Shown here: positions 12,767-25,679 of the stretch, piece by piece
How the letters are laid out: the number at the start of each line of letters is the position of its first letter
How positions within the stretch are numbered: the stretch's first letter is position 1
Assembly: GCF_001194135.2 (NCBI RefSeq)
Contig: NC_068996.1
Location: forward strand, 9,443,364 to 9,498,758
DNA: 55,395 nucleotides
Direction of reading: 5' to 3'
Source: Octopus bimaculoides
Taxonomy: Eukaryota
Notes under the pieces: model-generated
Database searches by the model: none
The model's input: only the letters and a program-made list of their open reading frames with translations
What the model was told of the DNA's origin: nothing
Position numbers and translations under genes: made by a program

Positions 12767-13388
12767 CATCATCATTATTATTGTTGTTGTTGTTGATGTA
12801 TGACTCCAGGAAGTTGATATATTGAGGAGGTGGCGGGGTGGGGAGGAGCAAAAAAAGAAGAGCGACAACTAACTTAGAGAGAGACAGAGAGATAGAGTGA
12901 GAGAGAGTGCAATGTGATACAAGCTTGCTCTGCTGAACACTTCCTTATACCAACCAACTGTTTCTTCATGTATATATATATATATATCTTTTTGTTTCTT
13001 GGTTTATTATTATTATCATCATCATTATTATTATTGTTGTTGTTGTTGTTGCTTAGATAATGACATCACTGGTTTGGCACAACTTTACATTTTGCGTTAA
13101 CACAAACTTTGCATTAACGAATTAGAGTTGTGTATACATGTGTGTTTTAGCTTTCATTGCTACCACTCAGTTTGAGCAATGTTAAATCTCAACCCATCTC
13201 TATTGGACATGCATACATACATATGTGTAGACACACTAATACACGCTTCTATATATGCATATATATATATATATGACTGCAATGATGAAATGTATGTAGG
13301 AACACAATACTTATATTGGTATTTATCTTAATTTCCACTTTGGATATACATGTGTATATGCACTTATAAATATATACATTACATGTAT

Positions 13389-13427
<39 letters not shown>

Positions 13428-13644
13428 CACACACAAGCAGGAGCACTCATAGAAATATACAATAAACATATGTATAAAATGTGTGTGAGTATATATATGT
13501 GTGTGTGTGTATATATGTGTGTGTGTGTGTGTATATATGTGTGTGTGTGTATGGTAGTTGTCTGAGAAGTCATGGACAGAAAGTCAGAAATGCTATTGAC
13601 AACAAAGAAGAGCAAGGAGACAGCAATCACACCATATATATATC

Positions 13645-13682
<38 letters not shown>

Positions 13683-13689
13683 GTCAATT

Positions 13690-13870
13690 GAAATAAACGA
13701 ATAATAAAATTGACATCAAAAGGACATGCACAAGAAGTGTATGTGCTTGACGCATGGTGAAAAGAGAGAGCTTGATGTTTCGAGCATAGCTCTGCATCGG
13801 AAAGAAGGAAGAGGAAAGTCCAAAGAAGGAAAAGAAATCACCAACAGCACATCCATAGTTACATTGCTAT
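13690..13870 (-). mobile_element. PLE-like fragment with a decayed hammerhead-like motif
   Basis: Minus strand 13770-13806 reads TCTTT-CCGATGC-A-GAGC-tat-GCTC-GAAA-CA-TC-AAGC. Confidence 0.5.
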
Positions 13871-13934
13871 ATATCTTTTTGCTCTTCTACTTCTTTCAAT
13901 GACCAGACTGTAGCCATCAGTTATTTTTGCCGAA

Positions 13935-14290
13935 CTGCTATTTTGCAGGGACATAAACGTACCAACACTGGTTATCACGTGGTGGAGGGGGACAAACAGA
14001 CACAAAGTCACACATACAGATATATATGCATATATATATATATATATACACATGATGATGGCCATCCACTCGTGACCGAGGAAGACCATTGCCGACAAAT
14101 GAGATTTTTAGTATATATATACATACATACATACACACACTCGCTCACACACACACACACTCACAACAGGCTTTTTTAGAATTTCTGACTACCAGATTCA
14201 CTCTGGTTTTGGTCAGCCCAAAGTGCCGTGCAATGGGACTGAACCCAAAATCATGTAGTTGGGAAGAAAACGTCTTATGACACAGCCATG
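13935..14290 (-). mobile_element. SINE family A copy, diverged or interrupted
   Basis: accaacactggttatca, gggactgaaccc and cacagcc segments. Confidence 0.7.
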
Positions 14291-14629
14291 TATTATATAC
14301 ACCCACATACTGACTGCCAATAAGGAATTTTTGTACAGATTCCTTTCTCATTATTTTCATCTTTGTAACAATAATAATAATAATGATAATAATTTCCTTC
14401 CTTTTTTATTATTCTTTTCTGTGTATACATTCATCCACCACTATATTTGGCCTATTTTCAAGTTCTTGTTTGAGTGATTATTTTGTTTTCTTCACTCTTG
14501 TGTGTGTGTGTCTGTGTATTCATACATTTATACTTCTATATGTAGACGCATACTTACACACACACATGCTCACACGAACTAGGGTTTAGAATGCTCTGTG
14601 TATGTCCAAGTGTGTGCATGTGTATGTGT

Positions 14630-14801
<172 letters not shown>

Positions 14802-15300
14802 ATAAATATGTGTGGGTGTGCACTGCTTATGAAGAATTACACAAATTTTTCTACTTGTTTTTAACTAAAATAAACTAAGTCAAATTTGTGTTCTTCTAAA
14901 TTCTGTTGCTCTACATTTCAGAGTTTGTATGTTGATATATATATGTATGTGTGTGTGTGTGTGTACATCCACACATACATACATGCCCATATTCATAAAC
15001 ATGTATGTATTTATCCACATTTACACCGAAAGGAATATACAGTTTTATACACAGTGAATAAATATGCTTGTATATATACATGTATATATTTATAAGTGTG
15101 TGTTTTTATGTATGTATATAGATATATATATACACACAGGCACTCATCCACACACAAATGCTCACTCACTTCATGTTTATGTGTGTATACACACTCAAAA
15201 TTATTTTTAAATCTAACAAATGTTGACAATCATTGCAATCCTAATTCAGCAGTTGGAGTGCTTTTGGGGGGGGATTTTTTTTTTTTGTTTTTTTTTGTAG

Positions 15301-15372
15301 CGTTGTTATTGTATGGCAGTGTAGATGTCTCTTTGATCTCTGTTGTCGTTGGTTACCAGATGGGAAAACAAG
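15301..15372 (+). other. Candidate 72-nt internal exon of an unidentified transcript
   Basis: Long T tract plus TAG ending at 15300; donor AAG|GTATGT with GT at 15373-15374. Confidence 0.4.
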
Positions 15373-16762
15373 GTATGTAGTGTATGCCTATGACCCTTGA
15401 CCCTTTCATTTAATTCTGGGTTGGGGAGTAGGAGAACATAACGACATTGACTCTTCTGCAGAAGTATGAATCTACATTGGTTTTATTGTTCACTGATAAC
15501 ACACACGTATGAATTCCGCATGTTCGTATGGATGTGGATGTGGGTGTGTGTGCACATAGTTATGTCATATGCGTGCACAACTGTCTGCATGCATGTATAC
15601 GTGTGCATGTGAATTTTTACAATTTCCGAGAAAATTAATTTTAAAAGAAAGAAGAAAGAAATAATTTTAAAAAATGCTGGTCAAGAATGATTTTTTTATG
15701 TGCCTTCATGTATATACATATATACATACTATTTTTTAATAGTACTATTTCTACTACTGCTATTATTATTATTATTATTATTATGATTATTATTTATTTA
15801 TTTATTAATATTTGTAAACTGACAATAAAAATATTCAACTAAGAAATTTTTGCTTGAATGCTGTATAGACACACACAGACACACATGTACTGTTTATATA
15901 TTTTGTATACTATGGCTATTTTATATGCACATATACATACATATATAATTTATTCATGTGTATGTGTACATGTATGTATATATGTGTATGTGTGTGTATG
16001 TATACATATAATGTCATAAACTGAAGCATCATGAGATACATACAGAAATATGTGTACATGTTGACAAAAACATGAAATTTAATTAGAATTTTTAGTCAGA
16101 ATTACTATGATATAAACACTAACTAATGCATCTTGCTTTACTATGCTTTGTCATCCTGCACAATCTGTTGTTTGAATCCACCATTTCCTGTCACTCCTTT
16201 CATTTGCTTTAAATTAACTGCAAAGTCTATTCTCTTGGGAGACAACAGAGTACAACCATCCAAAGCGTGTGTATGTTTGAAAGTGTTTGCGTGTGTGGGA
16301 CAACATCACAATAACTGATTATCTCTCGCTCTGAAGCCTCGCTCATATATCTGAATGGAATGGTCAAAAAGATAGAAATAATGGCCAGTCTCATTTATAG
16401 AAGCCAGAAAGAGAATGATGTCTTTCAAACATAGAATTTGTCTACATAATCCCGTGAAAAATATAAACGGGTAAATTGTTTCTCCTCCAAAGTTAAGCTT
16501 AAAAGTTGTGTGATTTTTTTTTTTTCTGTATGTATGTATATATATATATATATGTATGTATATATATATAAACAAACAGGTATAATATGCTTAACTTTTG
16601 AAGTTTCTGAGATGTGGGTTTTTCCCCCCTTCTTTTTTTATTAAATCAATCAATTTGTAAATTGAAATGTGTGAGGATCTGGAACAAGTGGTAAATTTTT
16701 TTTTAAATCCACAGTGACATAATGTGTGTATATAAGTGTATGTGTGTGTGTATGTATATATA

Positions 16763-16793
<31 letters not shown>

Positions 16794-16818
16794 GTGTGTG
16801 TATATATATATGTATATA

Positions 16819-16890
<72 letters not shown>

Positions 16891-16893
<3 letters not shown>

Positions 16894-17765
16894 CGTTTCT
16901 CTGTTTGTTTTTTTCGTTGTTCAAAAAAAAGTTTGTTTTCTGTTTTTTTTTTGATGTCCTGTACCCATGTATGCATGTATATATACATATATATGTAGGT
17001 ATGTTCGTATATGTATGTATGTATATATGCATATATTTATATATTATTTATATTATTATATGATCGAACGCCATGCATCCTTTTCCAAATAAGTTTTATC
17101 TTAATAATTACGATGCGCACACTTATTCTATCTCTTTTCTGTCTATCTCTCTCTCTTGTTCTTCTTCCTTTCTGTTTTTCTCTCCCACCCTTTCCCTATT
17201 TTTCACCTCTCACCTTCACCGTCTTCTCTCTCACTCCTCCTCCTGGACTCTCTCGTTGCTCACACGTGACCAACGGCCATTCTTTCTTCCGCTTCCTTCC
17301 TAAAGAAAAGACGTGCTTTTATCTGTCTCTTCTCAAAGCTCATTTTTCCAGCGTTCACCACTTCACATCGTCTTGGCTTAACAGCCCTTACTGTTTGTTT
17401 TTACTGTTTTGTTCTCACTGTCCTGTTTGTTGTTACCACTTTCACCCTTCACAGAAAATCCCAAATTTTATTTAATTTGCTTTACGGAAAGGACTGTTTT
17501 AACGAAGTCGCATCTTACGTCCTTATCTTCGAAACGCAGAGTAGATAAAACAGGAGACAACTGATGAAGCGAATGTTCTTTATGTTGCTCTGTTTGTTTG
17601 CTTTTTTGTTGTTCAAAAAAAAAAGTTCGTTTTCTATGTTTTTATTTTTTATGTTCTCGTTTCTCATTCTGTCTACATTTTTTTCATGTCTTGTACTCAT
17701 ATATGCATGTATATATACATATATATGTAGGTATGTACATATATGTATGTATATATGCATATATT

Positions 17766-17770
<5 letters not shown>
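16891..17770 (+). mobile_element. Repeat with ~690-bp-period direct terminal repeats (PLE pLTR-like)
   Basis: 16899-17042 is repeated, with an indel, at 17588-17770; flanked by (TA)n; CTGATGA at 17561. Confidence 0.5.
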
Positions 17771-17808
<38 letters not shown>

Positions 17809-19328
17809 GTAGGAGCATTGATAGTCCTGTTCGTAAACTATGTAACCAGGATACTATATGTTGATATGTATATATATGCATGGCAGGTGTGGATATTTTA
17901 TGTATATAATGGACAAATTCCTCCCATCTCCATGGAAAAAAAAATAAAATATATAAATGAAAAATGAAAAGAAAAATTAAATGAAATCTTTATCTTTGCC
18001 CAATATTTGCCAAAATCTCTCTATTTTATTTTTCTTTTTCCAATACCCGAACCTCTCCACCAACCACCTTCATCTGAAGATATTTTCAACGATAAATCCT
18101 CCTTGCCCCTACCAACATTCATCTCATTCTTCTCTACTCCTATTTTTTCTTTCTCTTTAAGCTTCAATCACAAAAGCTAAGAGAGAAACTTATTATTTAA
18201 CTGTATTTTAAATTTTTTTTTTTTTTTTTTTTGACAATATTTCATTTTGAATTAACTTCCTGCTCATCATTTTATTATTATTATTATTATTATTATTATN
18301 NNNNNNNNNNNNNNNNNNNNNNNNNNNNNNNNNNNNNNNNNNNNNNNNNNNNNNNNNNNNNNNNNNNNNNNNNNNNNNNNNNNNNNNNNNNNNNNNNNNN
18401 NNNNNNNNNNNNNNNNNNNNNNNNNNNNNNNNNNNNNNNNNNNNNNNNNNNNNNNNNNNNNNNNNNNNNNNNNNNNNNNNNNNNNNNNNNNNNNNNNNNN
18501 NNNNNNNNNNNNNNNNNNNNNNNNNNNNNNNNNNNNNNNNNNNNNNNNNNNNNNNNNNNNNNNNNNNNNNNNNNNNNNNNNNNNNNNNNNNNNNNNNNNN
18601 NNNNNNNNNNNNNNNNNNNNNNNNNNNNNNNNNNNNNNNNNNNNNNNNNNNNNNNNNNNNNNNNNNNNNNNNNNNNNNNNNNNNNNNNNNNNNNNNNNNN
18701 NNNNNNNNNNNNNNNNNNNNNNNNNNNNNNNNNNNNNNNNNNNNNNNNNNNNNNNNNNNNNNNNNNNNNNNNNNNNNNNNNNNNNNNNNNNNNNNNNNNN
18801 NNNNNNNNNNNNNNNNNNNNNNNNNNNNNNNNNNNNNNNNNNNNNNNNNNNNNNNNNNNNNNNNNNNNNNNNNNNNNNNNNNNNNNNNNNNNNNNNNNNN
18901 NNNNNNNNNNNNNNNNNNNNNNNNNNNNNNNNNNNNNNNNNNNNNNNNNNNNNNNTATATATATTCATATGTGTGTTCATTTGTTTTGTTTTTTTATTCG
19001 TTTTTGTTTGTTCTTCATGTTTGAATTATTATAATAATGCTTCTTTAAGTTACTTCTCTATTTTCTCTACCAAGATAATGGAATTAATCAACTTTCTAAC
19101 TCTCACACACACAAACACACACGTACGCACCTACACACTTATAGTCCATTTGGGATAATACATCATGACGTCAAGTATTTGTTGTTAGCTAATGATGATA
19201 AGCAATCATCAGACAAGACTCAACCAGTTACTAAACTATCCATGTCTTATATATGCTGCGCGTATGTGGAACTTCGTGTATTGTTGCATCTTGAGTTGAA
19301 AATAAAAGGTTGTAAGGGGCATAAATGT

Positions 19329-19712
19329 GGAGGCGCAATGGCCCAGTGGTTAGGGCAGCGGACTCGCGGTCATAGGATCGCGGTTTTGATTCCCAGACCG
19401 GGCGTTGTGAGTGTTTATTGAGCGAAAACACCTAAAGCTCCACGAGGCTCCGGCAGGGGATGGTGGTGAACCCTGCTGTACTCTTTCACCACAACTTTCT
19501 CTCACTCTTACTTCCTGTTTCTGTTGTGCCTGTAATTCAAAGGGTCAGCCTTGTCACACTCTGTGTCACACTGAATATCCCCCGAGAACTACGTTAAGGG
19601 TACACGTGTCTGTGGAGTGCTCAGCCACTTGCACGTTAATTTCACGAGCAGGCTGTTCCATTGATCGTATCAACTGGAACCCTCGACGTCGTAAGCGACA
19701 GAGTGCCAACAC
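19329..19712 (+). mobile_element. tRNA-derived SINE family D, tail type 1
   Basis: A-box TGGCCCAGTGG (19339-19349), B-box-like GGTTTTGATTCC, TCG in the anticodon-equivalent position (tRNA-Arg-like); the first ~190 bp are shared with 28092-28285. Confidence 0.85.
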
Positions 19713-19999
19713 ACAAGGGGCATAAAGCATTATATGTTAATACTGTATGGGAGTTATTTCTTTTGGTTGGTTAAGAATATAGTTGAAAGTCTTTAAGAAT
19801 ATAGACAAGGTAAAGAACAAAAAAGGTACATGAAGTATTACTGGAACTAATTGGGATCTAATTATATGAAATAAAATATTAGAAGTCAAAATTGAAAATG
19901 TAACATTTCTAACTTTTTAACTTTGTATATTTATTCCATACCTTCTTATTTCTCCATCCTCCATTCATATTTTATATACATTATTATCTTTTTTATTTT

Positions 20000-20250
20000 T
20001 TACTTGTTTTTTGTCATTGGGCTGTGGCCATGCTGGGGCATCACCTTGAATTTTAGTTAAGCAAATCACCCCCAGTACTTATGATTGTTTTCTAAGCCCA
20101 GTACTTATTGTGGCAGTCATTTTTAGTGAACTGCTAAGTTACAGAAACATAAATGCACCAGCAGTGGTGGGGGATACACACACTCACACACACTTTATAG
20201 GCTTCTTTCAGTTTCTGCTTACCAAATCTACTCACAAAGTTTTGGTTTTA
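20000..20250 (-). mobile_element. SINE family A, 3' portion
   Basis: ggccatgctggggc…ccccagtactta…ggcttctttcagtttc. Confidence 0.7.
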
Positions 20251-21484
20251 CGATAGGTTATACCCTGGAAACTTTCTTAAGACACCAGATACCAGAAACT
20301 CTCACTCTGACAATACACTTAAATATGTATGTATGTGTATATATATATGTATATATATAGATAGATAGATACTGGTTGAGTTTTGTCACTTGATATTTTT
20401 TATCTACCATGAAACTTGAAGTTACAAAGCATTATCTCTAATGAACTCTATTAATTACAAATATATATATATATATATTTCCCTCTACTATTTTATTGAA
20501 TGCTCTTTTTTTTTTGTTTCTGTACACCTTATTTTAATGTTTATGTGTGTGTGTGTATATACACACACACACACACCCACACCAAAATACACACACATAC
20601 ACACACACACACACATATATACATATACACAAAACCATCCTTGACAATCTTTGAACTCCTCCAGTTAATGAAAATAAAAATATGAAAATTAAAGAAAAAA
20701 AAACAATATGAAACAAAATAATATTTTGGATAATTGACATCTAAAACTGTATTATTCCTGTTTTAAGGATCAGTTCTGAACAAAAACAATGGAAGAAAAA
20801 AGAAAACTACCGTAACAGTGTGCCATTGGCACTCTTCTACCAAAATCCATATTAGTTAATTTTTTTATATATTCTCCCATTCCTTTCTTTGTCTAAAAAG
20901 TAATATTTTATTTCGGTTTAATAGTTCCATATGTATTGGAACTCTTAACTTCATTTCCAGTGGAAAAGGTTATCATTATTTTTTTTTTGTTATTGTTTTT
21001 ACTTTTTGTTATTGTTTTTTTTTTCTCTCTCTCTTCTTGAAATAATAAAAAAAAAAAATGAAGAGCATAAATAAATTTCTATGTTTCTCATTTTTGTAAG
21101 ATTGAAATTGTACTGAAGAAAGCTTTTTGAAGCACTCTTAGTAAATATCTTTATCACGAAAACTTGAAATAATTTGCCAAAGCTTATAAGGAAAATGTTA
21201 TAGTAAAAAGAAAAAAAAACAAACAAAAAGAAACATTATTCTTCTTTATTATTATTATTTTGTTTAAAACAAATATTTTCAATTTCAAACATGCTATCTT
21301 GTTGAGAAAGATAAATCTATAAAATGCGATGTGACCTCATCAGGAACCTGTTCTTTGTTGGTTATCAGTTAATTAATTTTATACTATTTTTAACCTTAAC
21401 ACCTTGTTTCAGCTAAATTCTCATTTTCAAAGCAAAAGAAAAGAAAGCATCCTCGTTAATTACCTAACAACTGAGCATTCCTTG

Positions 21485-21516
<32 letters not shown>

Positions 21517-21711
21517 TGTCTGTATGCGTGTGTGTGTGTCTGTTTAAATATATATTTGCATGCACATGCACACAGAAAAAGAAGAGTATTGATGACAAAG
21601 CACCCCTAGGGTACACCTGAGATGATAGTGTTAGTTGCAGATACCAAGTTTGGTGCATGATGCAGAGGATCAGAGAAACAAGATTCATGAAGCTGATAGG
21701 GGTTTTCTCAT

Positions 21712-21744
<33 letters not shown>

Positions 21745-22114
21745 TAATATATAGTATTAGGGAAAAGAACCAAGGTCTATGAACTCATCGATGAAAATCC
21801 AGTCACATATAGAAAAAATTTATAATTAAAAGTACAATAAATAAGTATAATATAATACAAAGTAAATATAAGATCAAGATAATAAAATGACTACACGTGT
21901 TTCATAACCAATTTTCAAATATATATATATATGGAATAACATAAATGTCAAATGACAAGAATGAGTGCTCAACACTGCATTGGTGGATAAAATTTCTTTA
22001 TTTGTGTATTAAGGCTACCATTGGTTTTATGTTCAGAAAAATATCTTAATTTTTCAAGCCGATCACTTGGAGGAATGGTGTTCATCTCCATATATATGTG
22101 TGTGTGTATCTTTA

Positions 22115-22495
22115 ATCTTTTACTTGATTCACTTATTGGACTATGACCATGTTGGGGTACTAACTTGAAAGGTTTTAATTGAACAAATTGACCCTAGTAC
22201 TTAAGTCTGGTACTTATTCTATTGATCTCGTTTGCTGAATAGCTAAGTTATGGGGATTTAAACAAACGAACATCACTTGTTAAGCAGTGATGGGGAGGAC
22301 AAGATAAAACTCACTCAACACACACATATATATTCAATGGACTTCCACACAGTTTCAATCTACCAAATTCACCAAACAGGACTTGGTGAGTCTGTGGCTA
22401 TAAATGAAGACGCTTTCCCATGGTGCCATGCCATGAGACTGAACCCAACACTTCATGGTTGCAAAGAGAGCATCTTAAGCACATAACCATGCTTG
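22115..22495 (-). mobile_element. SINE family A, diverged
   Basis: Tail, body and head remnants on the minus strand. Confidence 0.7.
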
Positions 22496-22504
22496 CACTT
22501 ACAA

Positions 22505-22612
22505 GATCAGATTGGTGCCTGGTGCAACCTTCTGACTCACCAGTCCTCAGTCAAACCGTCCAACCCATGCCAGCATAGAAAGCAGACGTTAAACGACGAT
22601 GACGATGATGAT
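22505..22612 (+). mobile_element. SINE-like family B, 3' end
   Basis: ctcagtcaaaccgtccaacccatgccagcat…gttaaacgacgatgacgatgatgat. Confidence 0.8.
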
Positions 22613-22689
22613 GTATGTCAGTATAAAGAAATTAAATTGACAAGTGAATAAGAAATTATGCCATGAACTCAATTAGCTTACAGTTGATC

Positions 22690-22775
22690 CTGCTATAAGA
22701 TGCAATGCACTCATAGTTGAGAGCTTGTGTATCACCCTACAGCTTCAATAATGAGTGCATTGCATCTTATAGCAG
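22690..22775. repeat. 86-nt hairpin with a perfect 25-bp stem
   Basis: CTGCTATAAGATGCAATGCACTCAT (22690-22714) and its exact reverse complement (22751-22775). Confidence 0.9.
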
Positions 22776-22970
22776 AAACATTGGTAAGTCAATGAATCTC
22801 TTTACAATTTCTTATTACTTTCTCATTTTAATTTCTTATTACTTCTCTCTACTCAACTGATGCTTTATTCTGAAGCATGTTTATACTGAGTTCTAACCCC
22901 ACATTATTAGTATCACTATGGCTATGAAGAATTTATATATATATAGATATATAGATATATAGATAGATAG

Positions 22971-23743
22971 ATAGATAGGGTGATAAATTGAATATTAATT
23001 CAATTTAGAACCAAGTGGCCTAGCATATAAAAAAAAATCTGTAAATTCATAAAAAAAATTGTATTACATGTGTATAATGGATGACCACTAGGTGGACATC
23101 CAATATGCTAGAAAGAGGTCATCAACGACCCAACCACAAAGAAAAATAATGTTCTCCAGAAAAATTTCGCAAAACACCAGAACAGGACAAAATGAGAAAT
23201 ATACAGAATAAAGAATTATCTATGGACTGCTGCAGTTTCGAACATTAACATTTTACTTACGTAACAACATCCGTGATCTCATCAGCATAGACGTTCTAGA
23301 ATCAATATAATTTGCAGAACTATACACGAATTGTCTTCATGAAATAAGATTTGCATATAGTTCTATCGATTACATTGGGGCTATTTTTCAAGTTGCCTCA
23401 GCCCCGGCACACAAAATTCCGGAAACAGTTCTGCAAAGAATAATTCACTGCAGTATATGTTGCCGGCTGGAGAACATAACTATTTAAATTATTATTTATA
23501 TAGATAGGGTGATAAATTGAATATTAATTCAATTTAAAACCAAGTGGCCTAGCATATAAAAAAAATTTGAAAATTCAGAAAAAATTGTGTTACATGTGTA
23601 TAAGGGATGACCACTAGGTGGACATCCAATATGCTAGAAAGAGGTCATCGACAACCCAACCATTATTTTTCTTGTGGTTAGGTCATTGATGACCTCTTTC
23701 TAACATATTGGATGTCCACCTAGTGGTCATCCCTTATACATGT
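22971..23743 (-). mobile_element. Penelope-like (PLE) or retrozyme-like element: partial tandem plus inverted terminal segment
   Basis: Direct repeats 22971-23136 and 23500-23662; 23661-23743 is an inverted copy of 23066-23151; contains a hammerhead motif; ends in (TATC)n/(TA)n on the minus strand. Confidence 0.75.
23218..23292 (-). ncRNA. Type I hammerhead ribozyme motif
   Basis: Minus strand: GTCTATG-CTGATGA-GATCA…TGTTC-GAAA-CTG-cag-CAG-TC-CATAGAT. Stem I has 7 bp, stem II has 4 of 5 pairs, stem III is CTG/CAG, and the cleavage triplet is GUC. Confidence 0.8.
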
Positions 23744-25679
23744 ATATATATATATATATATATAAATGTATGTATATATTATCAACTAGTTGTCTATAAG
23801 TCGGACAAAAAGCACACACACTACCAGAGGAATTAAGAAGTTATACTTTCTTTGTTGAGCAGTCTGTTCCTGGATGTGGCATATAACCAGTTTGGCAATA
23901 TTGACAACTCTTCAAACATTTTTATATATATATGTGGGTGTGGGTGTGTACATCCACCAAATCTAATGACCAAGTGATTACTAGTGACAAATGCTAAACT
24001 ACTACAAGATTTTTCTTTTCTTTTTTTTTTCAGGATAAAGCTGCATGCACACACACCCACACACACACACACATCAGACTCACTCTCTTATGCCTACAAT
24101 AATATTACTAGTGGCAAGATAAAATCAAGATAGTTGAGGTTGTATAAGAAAGCAAAAGACTGCCAAATTTGGCTGAAGGGATTCCCAGTCTCCATATTAC
24201 CATCTCATCTAGTATATAGCCCAGGATGTGCAACATCCTACTAGATGTTTGACCTGAATCATAGCTTCCCATCACAGTATGATGGTATGTTGCTACCTAT
24301 ACCAGTTTCTCCCACCAACTTTTAAGCTGTGCAAATAAAGATCACTTATTTTTTTCACGCATCATTTAGATGAGATGTGAACCTACCATTAACAACTTAC
24401 AAACACACGAGTTCATGTGCATTGTACATGCTTTGGGATAAAACTTTATTGAGTCCATATGCTCTTTACTGATCTTGTTTTCCATCACATCATTAAACAT
24501 CCTTTTTTATGAAAGGTTTGACAGAAACTTCTGAGTCACAGGGCTGCACTAAGCTGTAATGTCTGATTTGGCATGGATTCCACAGCCGGACGCCCTTCCC
24601 AATGCCAACTACTTTTTTTTATTTTTTTTATTACAGAGTATATTTTTTATAAATCGTTGCTACTCACCTTCACTTTTTTGTCATCAGTTACAAACACCAA
24701 ATCTGTCGTTCACAGCTCAATGAAAATAAATTCATTCGTGTATTAGAACAACTTATAGTACATTTGTTGACATTTGCAGAGCTTGGGTAAGCTACATTTA
24801 AATAAATGACATCACATGAAACAGCATTGATTAATATGAATCTGTATAAAGTCATAGTTGACATGTTTGAGTGTATGTTAACATGATAAGACCTTTCACT
24901 GTGGAAGCAGATACAGACACCTATATATAAAGATAGATAGATACATAGATAGACTTCCATATATCTTGGACACAGTCTCACTATATGTCATCTTGAGTGA
25001 GTTTTGTCTATTATTACCTTGGACAAACCAATATCCACTGTGAGTGAATTTGGTGGAATGAAACCAAAAGAAGCTTGTTCAATGTATGTGTGTGTCTCTC
25101 TGTCTTAACATTACTTGTTTACAAGGGTGACCCTCATACAGGTGGTTTCATTTCTTTCCAATCTTTCATGAAAAGATATCTGATTATGGGGGAAATATTA
25201 AGTTGCTTGGGAACAAGTAAAAGCTTGAGACTGAGATAGTATCCAAGCCATGCAGACTTGAGGAAAATTGAGATAAAACAATGTTGATGATGTACTATAT
25301 GAATCCTGTTGTGTGTGTGTTTATGATCAGCATTTGCACAGTTTTTACCCCCCCCCCCAAACAAATTCCATAGACGAGGTATTGGTGAAACCAAAGGTTG
25401 TAAAAGAAGATGCCTTAATAAGATCCAATTGAGATTGTGTTACAAAGTGAACACATATATACAGCATTATCAACTTTATATATATATATAAATATATTAA
25501 ATGTAAACTGAAAACAGAACACAAAGGATATCGTGGTACACGTGTTTCAAGCTTTATACACAAACTGTCATTACATCAGTGTATATTGTTGATATAAAGG
25601 ATGGTTTAAAGCTATCTTCAGCCACAAACATTTTCAGTCCCAAGATTACATCAGAAAGAAAGGGAGTATTCACAAAAAC

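Noticed and set aside
19329-19405. Possible tRNA-Arg gene
   Set aside because: The cloverleaf is imperfect and continues into a repeat body shared with 28092, so it is a SINE head
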